The notes beneath the pieces are model-generated. The model ran no database searches. It worked only from the letters and a program-made list of their open reading frames with translations, and was not told where the DNA came from. A stretch of DNA of 64,000 nucleotides from Planctomycetota bacterium (GTDB lineage Bacteria; Planctomycetota; JAJSAM01; JAJVHW01). The translations under genes and the position numbers were made by a program. Within the stretch, counting starts at the first letter, position 1; each line of letters opens with the position of its first letter. Shown in pieces: positions 41,979-51,838 of this stretch. The DNA lies in the NCBI GenBank assembly GCA_024277065.1, contig JAJRVY010000360.1:3450-67449 (forward strand). Reading direction: 5' to 3'.

Positions 41979-43712
41979 TCAGTCGGCCGCGGCGGAGGCG
42001 CCTGCGAGGGCTGCCTCGGCGCGCTCCCGGAGGAGCTCGGGCGCGTCCGGCAGAGCCAGGAGATCGCGCCACACGATGGCCGCCCCGCGGGGCCGCTCGG
42101 CCTCGCCGAGGGCCTGCGCGTAGGCGGCCAGCACGTACGCGTCGCCGGGCGACAGTGCGGCGGCGCTGCGCAGCCAGCGCAGCGCGCGTTCGGGCTCGCC
42201 CGCCCGCTGCGCCAGCCGCGCTGCCTCGAAGAACGCGCGCGCTCGCGCCGTTGCGGGCGCGGGGGTCGTCGCGCGACGCAGGGGCTCGAGCAGCTTCGCG
42301 GCCGGGTCGCGCGCGGTGCGCCAGATCACGGGCGCCGCGGCGAGCTCTCCCGGCACGCGCAGCGCCGCCAGCAGCGCGAAGCCCCCGATCAGCGTGATGA
42401 GGGTGCCGCGCAGCAGCCGGATGGAGCGCCGGTAGCGGGCGCGGACCCCCGCGTCGGTCAGGTACGCGCGCACGAACTCCACGCGATCAGCGATCGAGAA
42501 GTGGCGCCAGCCGGTGATCTCGCGGATGCCGCCGGTCTCCGCGGCGATGCGTTCGAGCGCGCGTGCGAACGGGTGCTCGGAGGGATCGCGCGGCGTGCCG
42601 TCCGCGGCCGGCGGGAAGGGCACCGTGTCGATGCCGAACACGTCCGCCTCCTGCTCGAAGCGGCGCGAGACCCAGCCGAAGACGACGCCGATCCAGATCA
42701 GCACCATGGCGATGGAGCGCACGAGCGGGTCCAGGTCCGCCAGCGGCCCGGCGAACGACGCACCCAGCGCGTCGGGCAGCAGGCTCGACAGCACGAGCAC
42801 CGCCGTGAAACCGAAGAACAGCAGCACGTGGCCGCGCCGCGCGTGGCCCGCCTCGTGGGCGAAGACGGCCTCGATCTCGTCGGGGCCGAGCGTCTCGATC
42901 AGCCCGTCGGTCAGGAACACGTAGCGGAAGCGCGGCAGCGCGCCGACGACCGCGGCGTTCATCTGCGCGCCGCCCGTGGGCCAGACGAGCATCTCGCGCG
43001 CGCGCAGTCCGACGCTCTCCGCGTAGGCTTCGAGACGCGTGCGGAGCGGGCCGGCCGGCAGCGGCTCGGCATGCCAGGCGCGCCGTAGCAGGAAGGGCAT
43101 CGCCAGCATCGCCAGGAGGAACACGCCGAGCGACAGCGCGGCCTGCGCCACGGGCAGCGCGACGAACACGTCGCGGACGGCGCCGAGCCAGGAGGCGGGG
43201 TCCGCGAGGAAGACCACGTCCCAGACGACCAGCAGCGGCAGCAGCGGCCCGAGCGGCAGGAGCGCCTGGCGGAACTCCAGTGACAGCGTCGCGAGAAGGC
43301 CCGGGGGCTCCAGCCGCAGCCTGGCGCCGGCGCGGTGCAGGCCGCCGCGCAGGAGCGCCAGGAGCGCGGCGAACGGCAGGAAGCGCAGCAGGTGGGGGAC
43401 GAGCACCCAATGTGCGACGCCGAGCGTGTGCGCGATCTCCTTGGCCTGCAGCGTCTGCGCCAGGAACCAGAAGACGCCCAGCACCGCGACGCGGCCGAGG
43501 GCCATCGTGCGCAGGTACACGGGCACGGCGTCGTCTCCCGCAGATCGCAGGCGCCGCGCGACCAGCGCGCCGATCGTCGTCCACGCCAGTCCGAACGCCA
43601 CGATCGTGAGCAGGATGCCGGCCACGTCGGGCGCGGGCGCGGGCACGTCCGGCGGCGCGAGGCCGCTCGAGGCGATCACGAGGGCGAACAGGTACTGGAG
43701 GTAGGAGAGCAT
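41979..43712 (-). CDS. M48-family membrane zinc metalloprotease with a TPR-like C-terminus
   Basis: HEAGH motif in a polytopic N-terminal half. ATG 43712 lies 7 nt after the upstream stop. Confidence 0.75.
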   Translation of the reverse strand: MLSYLQYLFALVIASSGLAPPDVPAPAPDVAGILLTIVAFGLAWTTIGALVARRLRSAGDDAVPVYLRTMALGRVAVLGVFWFLAQTLQAKEIAHTLGVAHWVLVPHLLRFLPFAALLALLRGGLHRAGARLRLEPPGLLATLSLEFRQALLPLGPLLPLLVVWDVVFLADPASWLGAVRDVFVALPVAQAALSLGVFLLAMLAMPFLLRRAWHAEPLPAGPLRTRLEAYAESVGLRAREMLVWPTGGAQMNAAVVGALPRFRYVFLTDGLIETLGPDEIEAVFAHEAGHARRGHVLLFFGFTAVLVLSSLLPDALGASFAGPLADLDPLVRSIAMVLIWIGVVFGWVSRRFEQEADVFGIDTVPFPPAADGTPRDPSEHPFARALERIAAETGGIREITGWRHFSIADRVEFVRAYLTDAGVRARYRRSIRLLRGTLITLIGGFALLAALRVPGELAAAPVIWRTARDPAAKLLEPLRRATTPAPATARARAFFEAARLAQRAGEPERALRWLRSAAALSPGDAYVLAAYAQALGEAERPRGAAIVWRDLLALPDAPELLRERAEAALAGASAAAD

Positions 43713-43719
43713 GGTCGTG

Positions 43720-44649
43720 TCAGCCTGACGGCGCTCCCGCACCCGCGGCGCGTGCGAGCCGGGTCGCCACCGCGGTGTCGATCACGAGTTGGATGACGTG
43801 GTAGGCCGTCACCGGCAGGAGTGCGAGCGGCGCCTCCGGAAAGTACTCGCCCGCCAGGAATACGCCGATGAAGAGTGTCTTCTGCGAGCCGGCAAAGCGC
43901 ACGGCGATGCACTCGGCCCGCGGCCGTCCGAGGCGGGCCGCGAGCCATCCACCGAGGACCAGCGCGACGGCGTGCAGCACGGCCGCGAGCGCCGCGAACT
44001 CGGCCACGGTCACGGGGTGGGCGCGCACCTCGGCGGACATCTTGCTCACGGCCACGAGCACGATCGTCAGCACGAGCCCGCGGGCCGCGATCGAGATGCC
44101 CGGCTTCCAGCGGTCGGCGCGCGCTCCGAGCAGCAGGCGCAGGATCTGGCCGGCGGCGACGGGGGCCAGCACGACGACGGAGAGATCGCCGAACAACTGC
44201 AGTGCCGGCACCGGTAGCGCGGCGCCGAGGAACAGCAGCAGGTACAGCGGCACCAGCGCGATCGACAGCAGATTCGAGACGACCGTGTAGGTCAGCGCCA
44301 GCGCGTCGTCGCCGCCCGCGAGCCGCGTCCACACCGTGGCGGACGCCAGCGTGCAGGGCAGCGCCCCGAGCACGATCAGGCCGGCTTGCAGGCCCGGCCT
44401 CCCGGCGAAGAGCGTGTGCGCGAGGACGCCGCAGGCGAGCGGCAGGAACACGTAGCCGACGGCGAACGAGGCGCCCAACGCACGCACGTTGCCGGCCGCC
44501 CGGCGCAGGCGCTCCGCGGGCAGCGTCAGCGACATCATGAACATGACGGCGATCACGAGCGCGCGGCGATGCGGCTCGACGGCCAGCCCGGGCGCCGGCC
44601 AGAGCAGGCCGGCGACGACCGCGCCCGCGAGGAGGGCGTTGAAGATCAA
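43720..44649 (-). CDS. bile acid:sodium symporter (BASS/SBF-like) family transporter
   Basis: 309-aa polytopic protein with SBF-like sequence (MFMMSLTLP, GALPCTLASATVWT). Confidence 0.8.
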   Translation of the reverse strand: MIFNALLAGAVVAGLLWPAPGLAVEPHRRALVIAVMFMMSLTLPAERLRRAAGNVRALGASFAVGYVFLPLACGVLAHTLFAGRPGLQAGLIVLGALPCTLASATVWTRLAGGDDALALTYTVVSNLLSIALVPLYLLLFLGAALPVPALQLFGDLSVVVLAPVAAGQILRLLLGARADRWKPGISIAARGLVLTIVLVAVSKMSAEVRAHPVTVAEFAALAAVLHAVALVLGGWLAARLGRPRAECIAVRFAGSQKTLFIGVFLAGEYFPEAPLALLPVTAYHVIQLVIDTAVATRLARAAGAGAPSG

Positions 44650-44790
44650 GGCTGGATTCCGGCGCGGGATCGTTGAGACTGGGGTCGTTGGTTCGGGGTT
44701 GATGACGGGGCGGTCCGGGCTGGCATCGGCCGGGCGTGCGATTTCGCACGATTCCGCGTGGGAGCGGACGCGCCGGTGGTAGGCTCGTTA

Positions 44791-44955
44791 GGGCCCGCGC
44801 AGGAATAAGTTCGTAGGACCGAGGGCGAGCGAGACGGCGCGGGGCAAGGCGCCTCGACGACGCGACTCATTGCGGAGCCGAGTCGGGGAGGAGAGGCAAC
44901 GCCGCCCCGCGGTGTGGCAGCCGACCGAATCCCGAAGTTATTCCTGCGCGGGCCC
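44791..44955 (+). mobile_element. MITE-like element, copy 1 (165 bp, 23-nt terminal inverted repeats GGGCCCGCGCAGGAA...)
   Basis: TIRs at 44791-44813 and 44933-44955 (22/23 complementary), flanked by TTA on both sides. About 90% identical to the copies at 51642 and 56982. Confidence 0.85.
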
Positions 44956-44988
44956 TTACCGCGGCCCGTCTCCTCGGCAGTCCAACCC

Positions 44989-46929
44989 GTGACCAAGCTC
45001 ATCCTCCTCACATCCGACGGCAAGCGGGTCGAGTGCCCGCTCGGTCAGGATGCCGTGTGGATCGGCCGGAGCCGAGAGAACGCGCTCCCGATCCCCGATC
45101 GCCGCGCCAGCCGCCGCCACTGCCGTGTGGAGCCGCGGGACGGCGCCTACGTGCTGATCGACGATGGCAGTGCCAACGGTACGCTCGTGAACGGTCAACT
45201 CGCCCAGAATCGACCCCTCGAGGCGGGAGACGTGATCCAGATCGGCGCCACGCGGATCTTCTTCGATCGCATCGACGAGGGGCGCACGCAGGAGATCGAG
45301 CACTTCGACGACGGCGACGACGAGTCCGGCCGCGGGCAGACCGATCTCCTGCGCCTGCAGCGCACGGCGCGCGCGTTGAACAGCGAGCTGGATCGCAGCA
45401 AGCTCTTCGACCTGATCCTCGACCACGCCATCGACATCGTGCGCGCCGAGCGCGGCTTCGTGCTGCTGCGCAGCGACGGCGGCGGGCTGGAGTTCGCGGC
45501 CTCGCGCAACTTCGCGGGCGACGCCGTCGAGGGCACCGAGCTCGACATCTCGCGCTCGCTCGCGCACGGCGTGCTCGAGAGCGGCGAGGCGATCTGCGCC
45601 GTCAACGCACTCGAGGACGAGCGCTTCCGCGACGTGCAGTCCATCTCGATCCTCGGGCTGCGCTCGGTGATCTGCGTGCCGCTCCGCGAGCACGACGACG
45701 TAGTCGGTGCGATGTACCTCGACAACCGTCTGCAGCGGCGCGCGTTCGGGCCACCGGACCTGCGCATGCTCGAGGCGCTGGCCGACCACGCGGCCGTGGC
45801 CCTGCGCAACGCGCGGCTGTTCGCCGAGACCGAGGCGTCGCGGGCCGAGCTGCTCGAGGCCCGTGAACGGGTCGTGGCCCTCAACTCCCGTCTCGAGCGC
45901 ATCGTGCGCGGCCAGAGCCTCGAGCTCGAGGAGTTGCGCGACGCGTTCCGCACACGCAGCTCGCTGGACACCAAGTACGACTACACCGAGATCTTCGGGC
46001 GCAGCCCCGCGATCCTCGAGACGCTGCGGCTGCTCGACCGCGTCGTGGACTCCGACGTTCCCGTCCACATCCAGGGCGAGAGCGGCACCGGCAAGGAGCT
46101 GATTGCGCGCGCCATTCATCGCCACGGCCTGCGCAAGGACCGGCCGTTCATCTCCGAGAACTGCGCCGCGCTCACCGAGACGCTGCTCGAGAGCGAGCTG
46201 TTCGGCTACGTCAAGGGCGCGTTCACCGGCGCCGACCGCGCGCGCAAGGGCCTCTTCGAGCTGGCGCACACGGGAACGCTCTTCCTCGACGAGGTCGGTG
46301 ACATGAGCCAGGGCATGCAGCGCAAGCTCCTGCGTGCGCTACAGGAGGGCGAGGTGCGGCCCGTGGGCGGTGTCGAGCCCGTGCACGTGGACGTGCGCAT
46401 CGTCAGCGCGAGCAATCGCGACCTGCGCGAGATGGTCGCCAAGGGCGAGTTCCGTGAGGACCTCTACTACCGGCTGCGCGTCCTGCAGATCAGCATGCCG
46501 CCGCTGCGCGAGCGCAGCGAGGACGTGCCTCTTCTCGTGTCGCACTTCCTCGATCGCGAGGCGCGGCGCATGGGCGGGCGGCCCATACGGCTGGCGCCCG
46601 GCGTGATGGACAAGCTGATCGCCTACTACTGGCCGGGGAACGTGCGGGAACTCGAGAACGAGTGCCTGCGCATGGTGGCGCTCTCCGGCGAGATCGTCGA
46701 GACCGACGTGCTCTCCGAGCAGATACGTGGACATGTACCGCAGGCGGTCGCCGCCGGGCCACCCGACGAGGTGCGCGATCTCGGGGCGCTCGTGCAGCAG
46801 GTCGAGGTGGCCGAGATCGAGAAGGCGCTGCGGCTGTTCGACAACAACAAGACGAAAGCCGCCGAGGCGCTCTGCATCTCGCGTTTCGCATTGCAGCGTA
46901 AACTCGAGAAGTACGGGATCGACGTGTGA
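44989..46929 (+). CDS. sigma-54-dependent transcriptional activator with FHA and GAF input domains
   Basis: FHA (WIGRSRENALPIPDRRASRRHCRV...GSANGTLVNG), GAF, AAA+ (GESGTGKE, ESELFGYVKGAFTGA), Fis-type HTH. GTG start at 44989, after the MITE. Confidence 0.9.
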   Translation: MTKLILLTSDGKRVECPLGQDAVWIGRSRENALPIPDRRASRRHCRVEPRDGAYVLIDDGSANGTLVNGQLAQNRPLEAGDVIQIGATRIFFDRIDEGRTQEIEHFDDGDDESGRGQTDLLRLQRTARALNSELDRSKLFDLILDHAIDIVRAERGFVLLRSDGGGLEFAASRNFAGDAVEGTELDISRSLAHGVLESGEAICAVNALEDERFRDVQSISILGLRSVICVPLREHDDVVGAMYLDNRLQRRAFGPPDLRMLEALADHAAVALRNARLFAETEASRAELLEARERVVALNSRLERIVRGQSLELEELRDAFRTRSSLDTKYDYTEIFGRSPAILETLRLLDRVVDSDVPVHIQGESGTGKELIARAIHRHGLRKDRPFISENCAALTETLLESELFGYVKGAFTGADRARKGLFELAHTGTLFLDEVGDMSQGMQRKLLRALQEGEVRPVGGVEPVHVDVRIVSASNRDLREMVAKGEFREDLYYRLRVLQISMPPLRERSEDVPLLVSHFLDREARRMGGRPIRLAPGVMDKLIAYYWPGNVRELENECLRMVALSGEIVETDVLSEQIRGHVPQAVAAGPPDEVRDLGALVQQVEVAEIEKALRLFDNNKTKAAEALCISRFALQRKLEKYGIDV

Positions 46930-46948
46930 TCCCGGCTCTCCGGGAAGC

Positions 46949-48181
46949 ATGAACCGCACCTCCTCCGCCGTCACGCCGCCCGCGGTCACCGTCTCGCTCG
47001 CGGTGCTCCTCGCGGCGCTCTCGATGGTGCTTCTCCTCGGGCCGCTCGCGGTCCTCGGACGCGCCGACGTCGTGTACATGAAGGACGGCCGCCGCATCGG
47101 CGGCGAGGTGCTGTCCGAGGGCTCGCGCCTCGTGCGCGTGCGCATGAACGACGGCCGCACGCGCACGTTCAGGACCGCCGACGTGGAGCGCATCGAGAAG
47201 GGCGTGGATCTCGCCGCCGACGTGGACCTCGCCGCGCGCGACGCGCCCTACATGCCCGGCCTCTCCGAGGAGACGCGCAAGGACGTGCGGGCCGCGGCCG
47301 CGCGCTACGCGGGGCCGCTCGGCGGTGAGCTGCAGGCCGCCGCGCGGCCGCATGCGTGGGTCTTCGGTGACCATTCCCAGGCCGAGCTGTCGCGGGTGGC
47401 CGAGGCGGTGCAGTCCACCGTGCTCGACTTCGTCGCCGTCTTCGGCTGTGAGCCGGGCGACGTGCTGGGGGGCGGGCGCGGCGCGGCGCCCGAGCCGTTC
47501 CACGTCTTCCAGTTCCGCCGCGAGCCGGCGTACCTGCGCTTCGTGGACACGGTCTTCGAGCGCCTGCGCGACGAGACGGTCGATGACGCGCGACTGGCTC
47601 TCATGCGCCGCCAGAAGGGCTTCTGGGTGCTGTCGCCACGTCTCCTGATGGCGCGCTACCAGGGACCGGGAACGCTCGAGACGGTCAGCTCCAACGCCGC
47701 GCACCAGGCCGCGCACGCCATGCTGCTGACGTACCGTCCGGCGGGCGACTGGATGCCGTGGTGGCTGCTCGAGGGCACGGCGACGTGGCAGGAGATCCGC
47801 CTGCGCGGCCACAACCTCACCTACTGCATCGAGGTGGCGCGGCCGGGCGACTACGCGACCGAGGGCACGCCGGACGCCGACGAGGGCGCCAAGGCCAAGA
47901 CGGCCGAGCGCTGGCGGCGCGACGTGAAGAAGCGCGTCCTTGCGCGCGACGACCGCGACTTCGACGCCCTGGCGCGTCTCTCCATCAACGAGCTCGTGCT
48001 CGCGGACGTGCAGCAGTCGTGGAGCGTGGTCGAGTGGCTGCGCGGACAGCAGAAGCTCGTCCCGTTCGTGCTGGCCTACAAGGAGCGCCGCACGCTCGAG
48101 GGCGCGTTCCGCGACGCGCTCGACACGGATCCGGTCCTCGCCCACAACGCCTGGCGCACCTGGGTTCTGGCGAACTACTGA
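46949..48181 (+). CDS. hypothetical secreted protein (DUF1570-like)
   Basis: Signal/TM region (VSLAVLLAALSMVLLLGPLAVLG). 410 aa with a coherent protein-like sequence. TGA stop. Confidence 0.55.
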   Translation: MNRTSSAVTPPAVTVSLAVLLAALSMVLLLGPLAVLGRADVVYMKDGRRIGGEVLSEGSRLVRVRMNDGRTRTFRTADVERIEKGVDLAADVDLAARDAPYMPGLSEETRKDVRAAAARYAGPLGGELQAAARPHAWVFGDHSQAELSRVAEAVQSTVLDFVAVFGCEPGDVLGGGRGAAPEPFHVFQFRREPAYLRFVDTVFERLRDETVDDARLALMRRQKGFWVLSPRLLMARYQGPGTLETVSSNAAHQAAHAMLLTYRPAGDWMPWWLLEGTATWQEIRLRGHNLTYCIEVARPGDYATEGTPDADEGAKAKTAERWRRDVKKRVLARDDRDFDALARLSINELVLADVQQSWSVVEWLRGQQKLVPFVLAYKERRTLEGAFRDALDTDPVLAHNAWRTWVLANY

Positions 48182-48199
48182 CGGGGCGGCGCGCGCGCG

Positions 48200-49711
48200 T
48201 CAGGCGAGCGGCCGGGCGGGCTGGGAGGAGGCGGCGCGGATCTCCGTCAGCACGTCGCGCAGCGTACCGACGATCAGTTCGCGCTCGGCGTCCGTGATGC
48301 GGAAGTGGGGCGTGAAGCGCAGCGCGTTGCGTCCGCCGTGGATGATCCCGACGCCGCGCATGCGGCAGCGTTCCTCGGCGCTCCCCGGCCCGATGGCGCT
48401 CAGCCGCGCGGGGTCCAGTTCCGCGCAGAACAGGAGTCCGCTGCCCTCGACCTCGGTGATGAACTCCGGGAAGTCGGACTGCACGCGGCGCAGATCGGCG
48501 AGGAACCTCTCGCCCTGCTCCCGGATGTTCGCGCGCACCTCGGGCGTCACCATGCCCAGCACGGCGCACGCGATGTCGAGTGCGCGGGGATTCGTCGTCA
48601 TCGTGTTGCCGTAGACGCCGACGACGTACTCGTCCGCCGCGCGCGCCGTCAGCCCGAGCACCGAGAGCGGGTACTGGCCTGCGTTCAGCGCCTTGGACCA
48701 GCTCTCCATGTCGGGCGGGTCGCAGTCCTCGAACCCGGGATAGTCGATGACGGACAGCGTGCCGTGGGCGCGCAGGCCGGCCTGGATGCTGTCGATGACG
48801 AGGAACGCGTCGTGGGCGAGGGTCAGGCGGCGTGCCTCGTCGTAGAACGCACGCGTGACGGCGAGGCCGGGGGAGCCCTCGCCCTGCACCGGCTCGATGA
48901 ACAGCGACTCGATGAACACGTTCTCGGCGTCCGCGCGTGCGAATGCCGCACGCAGGGCGGCGACGTCGTTCGCCGGCACCATCCAGAGGTTGTCCAGCCC
49001 GCGGAAGGAGGCGAGGAAGCGCTCGTACTTGGGGCGCGTGGAGCCCGAGAAGGACGCCGGCCGGTGCGTGCGGCCGTGGAACGCGCGCTCGATCCCGACG
49101 TACACGCAGCGCTTGCCGGCGTGCTCGCCGCCGGGGTCCGTCAGGCGCCGTGCGCGGACGTCGGAGATGCGCGCCGCGACGCTCATCGCCTCGGAACCCG
49201 AGTTCATGCAGAGGAAGCGGTCGAAGGGGCAGCCGCCCGCGTGCGTGTGGCCGAGCTCCCGGCGCAGCGCTGCGACGAGCCGGAGCTGCGCGAGGTTGGC
49301 GGTCATGATGTTCGCCATCACCTGCCGCCGCCCGAGGGCCGCGGCCACCGGCGCCGCGTCGTGGCCGAAGCCGAGCATGCCGTAGCCGCCGCTGTCGTGC
49401 ACGACGGCGCCGTGCAGCGTGACCAGCCACGGCCCCTTCGCGGCGAGGGCGATGAACGGGTTGACGGCGTCCGGCGCGTAGAAGTTCACGAACCCGGCCT
49501 GGATGTGCGCGATGGCGTCGCGCTCGTCCATGGCGACGACGTCCGCGTGTTCGCCTCGCAGTTCCTCGAACGCGGCGGCGGCCGACTCGATGGCCGTGGC
49601 GAGTTCGGTGTCGTGTGCGAGGAACGCCGTGACGGCATCGTCCGAGAGACCCGTGACCTGCGCGGCTCCCGTGGCGGCGCGGATGGCGTGGAGCGTCTCG
49701 AGCTGTGGCAT
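48200..49711 (-). CDS. class-III (omega) aminotransferase family protein
   Basis: MNSGSEAM, IEPVQGEGS and LVIDSIQAGLR motifs match the fold-type I class III pattern. 503 aa. Confidence 0.75.
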   Translation of the reverse strand: MPQLETLHAIRAATGAAQVTGLSDDAVTAFLAHDTELATAIESAAAAFEELRGEHADVVAMDERDAIAHIQAGFVNFYAPDAVNPFIALAAKGPWLVTLHGAVVHDSGGYGMLGFGHDAAPVAAALGRRQVMANIMTANLAQLRLVAALRRELGHTHAGGCPFDRFLCMNSGSEAMSVAARISDVRARRLTDPGGEHAGKRCVYVGIERAFHGRTHRPASFSGSTRPKYERFLASFRGLDNLWMVPANDVAALRAAFARADAENVFIESLFIEPVQGEGSPGLAVTRAFYDEARRLTLAHDAFLVIDSIQAGLRAHGTLSVIDYPGFEDCDPPDMESWSKALNAGQYPLSVLGLTARAADEYVVGVYGNTMTTNPRALDIACAVLGMVTPEVRANIREQGERFLADLRRVQSDFPEFITEVEGSGLLFCAELDPARLSAIGPGSAEERCRMRGVGIIHGGRNALRFTPHFRITDAERELIVGTLRDVLTEIRAASSQPARPLA

Positions 49712-49857
49712 TGCGACCTCGCTGGTGGGGCGTCGTGGCGGTCGTCGAATCGTAGGCCCGATGCACGGCCGGGCGAAGAAGCGTAGACGGGCTGCCGCGG
49801 CGCGGTGCCGTGGCGGCAGGGCATTGACACGCGGCCGCCTGCGGCGACCATGGAGCC

Positions 49858-51642
49858 ATGAAGCCGGGCGCGCTGCGGACGATGTCGAGGAAGCGGCTCA
49901 CGGGGCTGCTCGCGGCCGCGGCGGCGGCGGTCGGTTTCGTGCTCGCTCCACCCGGGCGCGCCGACGAGCCGGGGCACGACGAGCGCGAGGGCAACGTCTT
50001 CTTCCAGCGCCCCGATCGCGCCACGAAGCGCCGTATCGACGAACTCATCGGTCGCTTCGCCGAGGACTCGGTCCGCGCGCGCACCGCCGCCGGCCGCGAA
50101 CTCGAGGACATCGGCTACTGGGCCGTCGACCCGCTGATGACGGCGCTGGCGACGAAGGAGCCCCCGATCCGCGCCGCAGCGGCCCTCACGCTCGCCGCGA
50201 CGATGGACGCGCGTGGCCTTCCCGCGCTGCGCGAGGCCGTCGAGCGCGAGACGTCGCACCCCTTCGTCGCCGGCTTCGCCTGCATCGGCCTGGCTCGGCA
50301 CCGTGACACGTCGGCGATCGACCCACTGCGCAAGGCGCTGCGCTCCTCGAAGAGCATCCACACGTTGCGTGCTGCCGCGCCGCTGATGCTGGCGCGGCTC
50401 GGCACCCCCGAGGCGCTCACGCTGCTGCGGGAGCGCGTGCGTGGGGGCAACGGCAGCTTTCGCGCGCGGGCGGCGCGGCTGCTGGCGCTGGGCTTCTTCC
50501 CGCAGGCCGCCCTCGAGCCCGATCGCCCGGTGCCGTCAGCGGCGCTGCGCGAGGGCCTGCGCTCGCGGCGCCGTGAGCTGCGCCGGGCATCGATCGTCGC
50601 GTTTCTCGTGGCGACGCTGCGGCGCGCCGACACGCGCGATGCGCTGATCGCCCTGCTGGATCGTGAGACGGCGCCCGAGGTGCTGCTGCCCGGTCTCGTC
50701 GGGCTCAGCCGCTTCGAGGACACCGCGACGACGGTGTATCTGGCCCACCGCGCGGCGCGTCCGGGCGACGACGACGTGCGCGCGCGGAGTTGCGACCTCC
50801 TCGCACCGCGTGCCGACGTGTCCGCGCTCGACGATCTCCTGGCGATCCTGCGCCGCTCCAATCCGGCGCGGCTGCGCGCCTCGGCGGTCATTGCGCTCGG
50901 CGGCATCGACCACCCCGACGCCTCCGCGGCCGTGCTCGATAAGCTCGGTGACAAGTCCAAGCTCGTGCGCGCCGCGGCCGCCGTGGCCTCCGTGCGTCTG
51001 CCGCAGGAGGCGGCGCGGCGCGAGGCGCAGGCGCGGATCTCTGCGCGGCTGCGTCGCGGCGAGCCCTCGCGCGCCGTGCGCCCCGACATGAGCGAGGCGT
51101 GGGCCGTGCTCGCCGGCGAGAAGACGACGGGTGCATGGCGCGAGATCGGCGAGGAACGGCTCTTCCGCGAGCTCTTCCGGCCCTACCAGAAGCGTCTGCT
51201 GCGGGAGGTGAACCTCGCCGCCGAGGACGCGCTCGATCTGACGCGCATCACCAACCTGCAGACCGACACCGAGATCCTCGCGGGCGCCGACGTGTCGTCG
51301 CCGGGCGGCGGCGGCGATGGTGACACCGGGGGCGCCGGCGCCGGCGACGGCGACACCGGAGACGGCGACGCGGGCGACGGCGACGCAGGAGATCGGGGCG
51401 GCGGAGGGGAGAGCGGGGACGTCGGGGCGGGCGACGGGAGCGGCGACGCCACGCCGTCGTCCGGATCACCGACGCTGCCGGACGATCAGCCGGCCGTGTC
51501 CAAGCCCGCCGGCGCCAAGGCGCCCGCCGTCGGCTCGCCGCGCACGAACGCATGGCAGGAGCTGCGCGATCTCAAGGTCGATCTCGTGCGCCGCCCACTG
51601 TTCGGCCCCGAGGACCTGCCCGCCGCCGCGACGACGCGTTAG
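49858..51642 (+). CDS. secreted HEAT-repeat protein with a Gly/Asp-rich low-complexity region
   Basis: Signal peptide and repeated xxD(P)xxR(A)xAAxALxxxxD units. The TAG stop is formed at the junction with MITE copy 2. Confidence 0.7.
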   Translation: MKPGALRTMSRKRLTGLLAAAAAAVGFVLAPPGRADEPGHDEREGNVFFQRPDRATKRRIDELIGRFAEDSVRARTAAGRELEDIGYWAVDPLMTALATKEPPIRAAAALTLAATMDARGLPALREAVERETSHPFVAGFACIGLARHRDTSAIDPLRKALRSSKSIHTLRAAAPLMLARLGTPEALTLLRERVRGGNGSFRARAARLLALGFFPQAALEPDRPVPSAALREGLRSRRRELRRASIVAFLVATLRRADTRDALIALLDRETAPEVLLPGLVGLSRFEDTATTVYLAHRAARPGDDDVRARSCDLLAPRADVSALDDLLAILRRSNPARLRASAVIALGGIDHPDASAAVLDKLGDKSKLVRAAAAVASVRLPQEAARREAQARISARLRRGEPSRAVRPDMSEAWAVLAGEKTTGAWREIGEERLFRELFRPYQKRLLREVNLAAEDALDLTRITNLQTDTEILAGADVSSPGGGGDGDTGGAGAGDGDTGDGDAGDGDAGDRGGGGESGDVGAGDGSGDATPSSGSPTLPDDQPAVSKPAGAKAPAVGSPRTNAWQELRDLKVDLVRRPLFGPEDLPAAATTR

Positions 51643-51807
51643 GGCCCGCGCAGGAACAACTTCGGGATTCGGGTCGGCTGCGGCGACGCGGGGCGGCGTT
51701 GCCCCTCCTCCCCGACTCGGCTTCGCAATGAGTCGCGTCGTCGAGGCGCCTTGCCCCGCGCCGCCTCGCTCGCCCTCGGTCCGACGAAGTTGTTCCTGCG
51801 CGGGCCC
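51642..51807 (-). mobile_element. MITE-like element, copy 2 (inverted relative to copies 1 and 3)
   Basis: Perfect 23/23 TIRs (GGGCCCGCGCAGGAACAACTTCG). The interior is the reverse complement of copy 1. Confidence 0.85.
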
Positions 51808-51838
51808 TGATGGCCCCGCGCCCGCCACGGATGACGCG

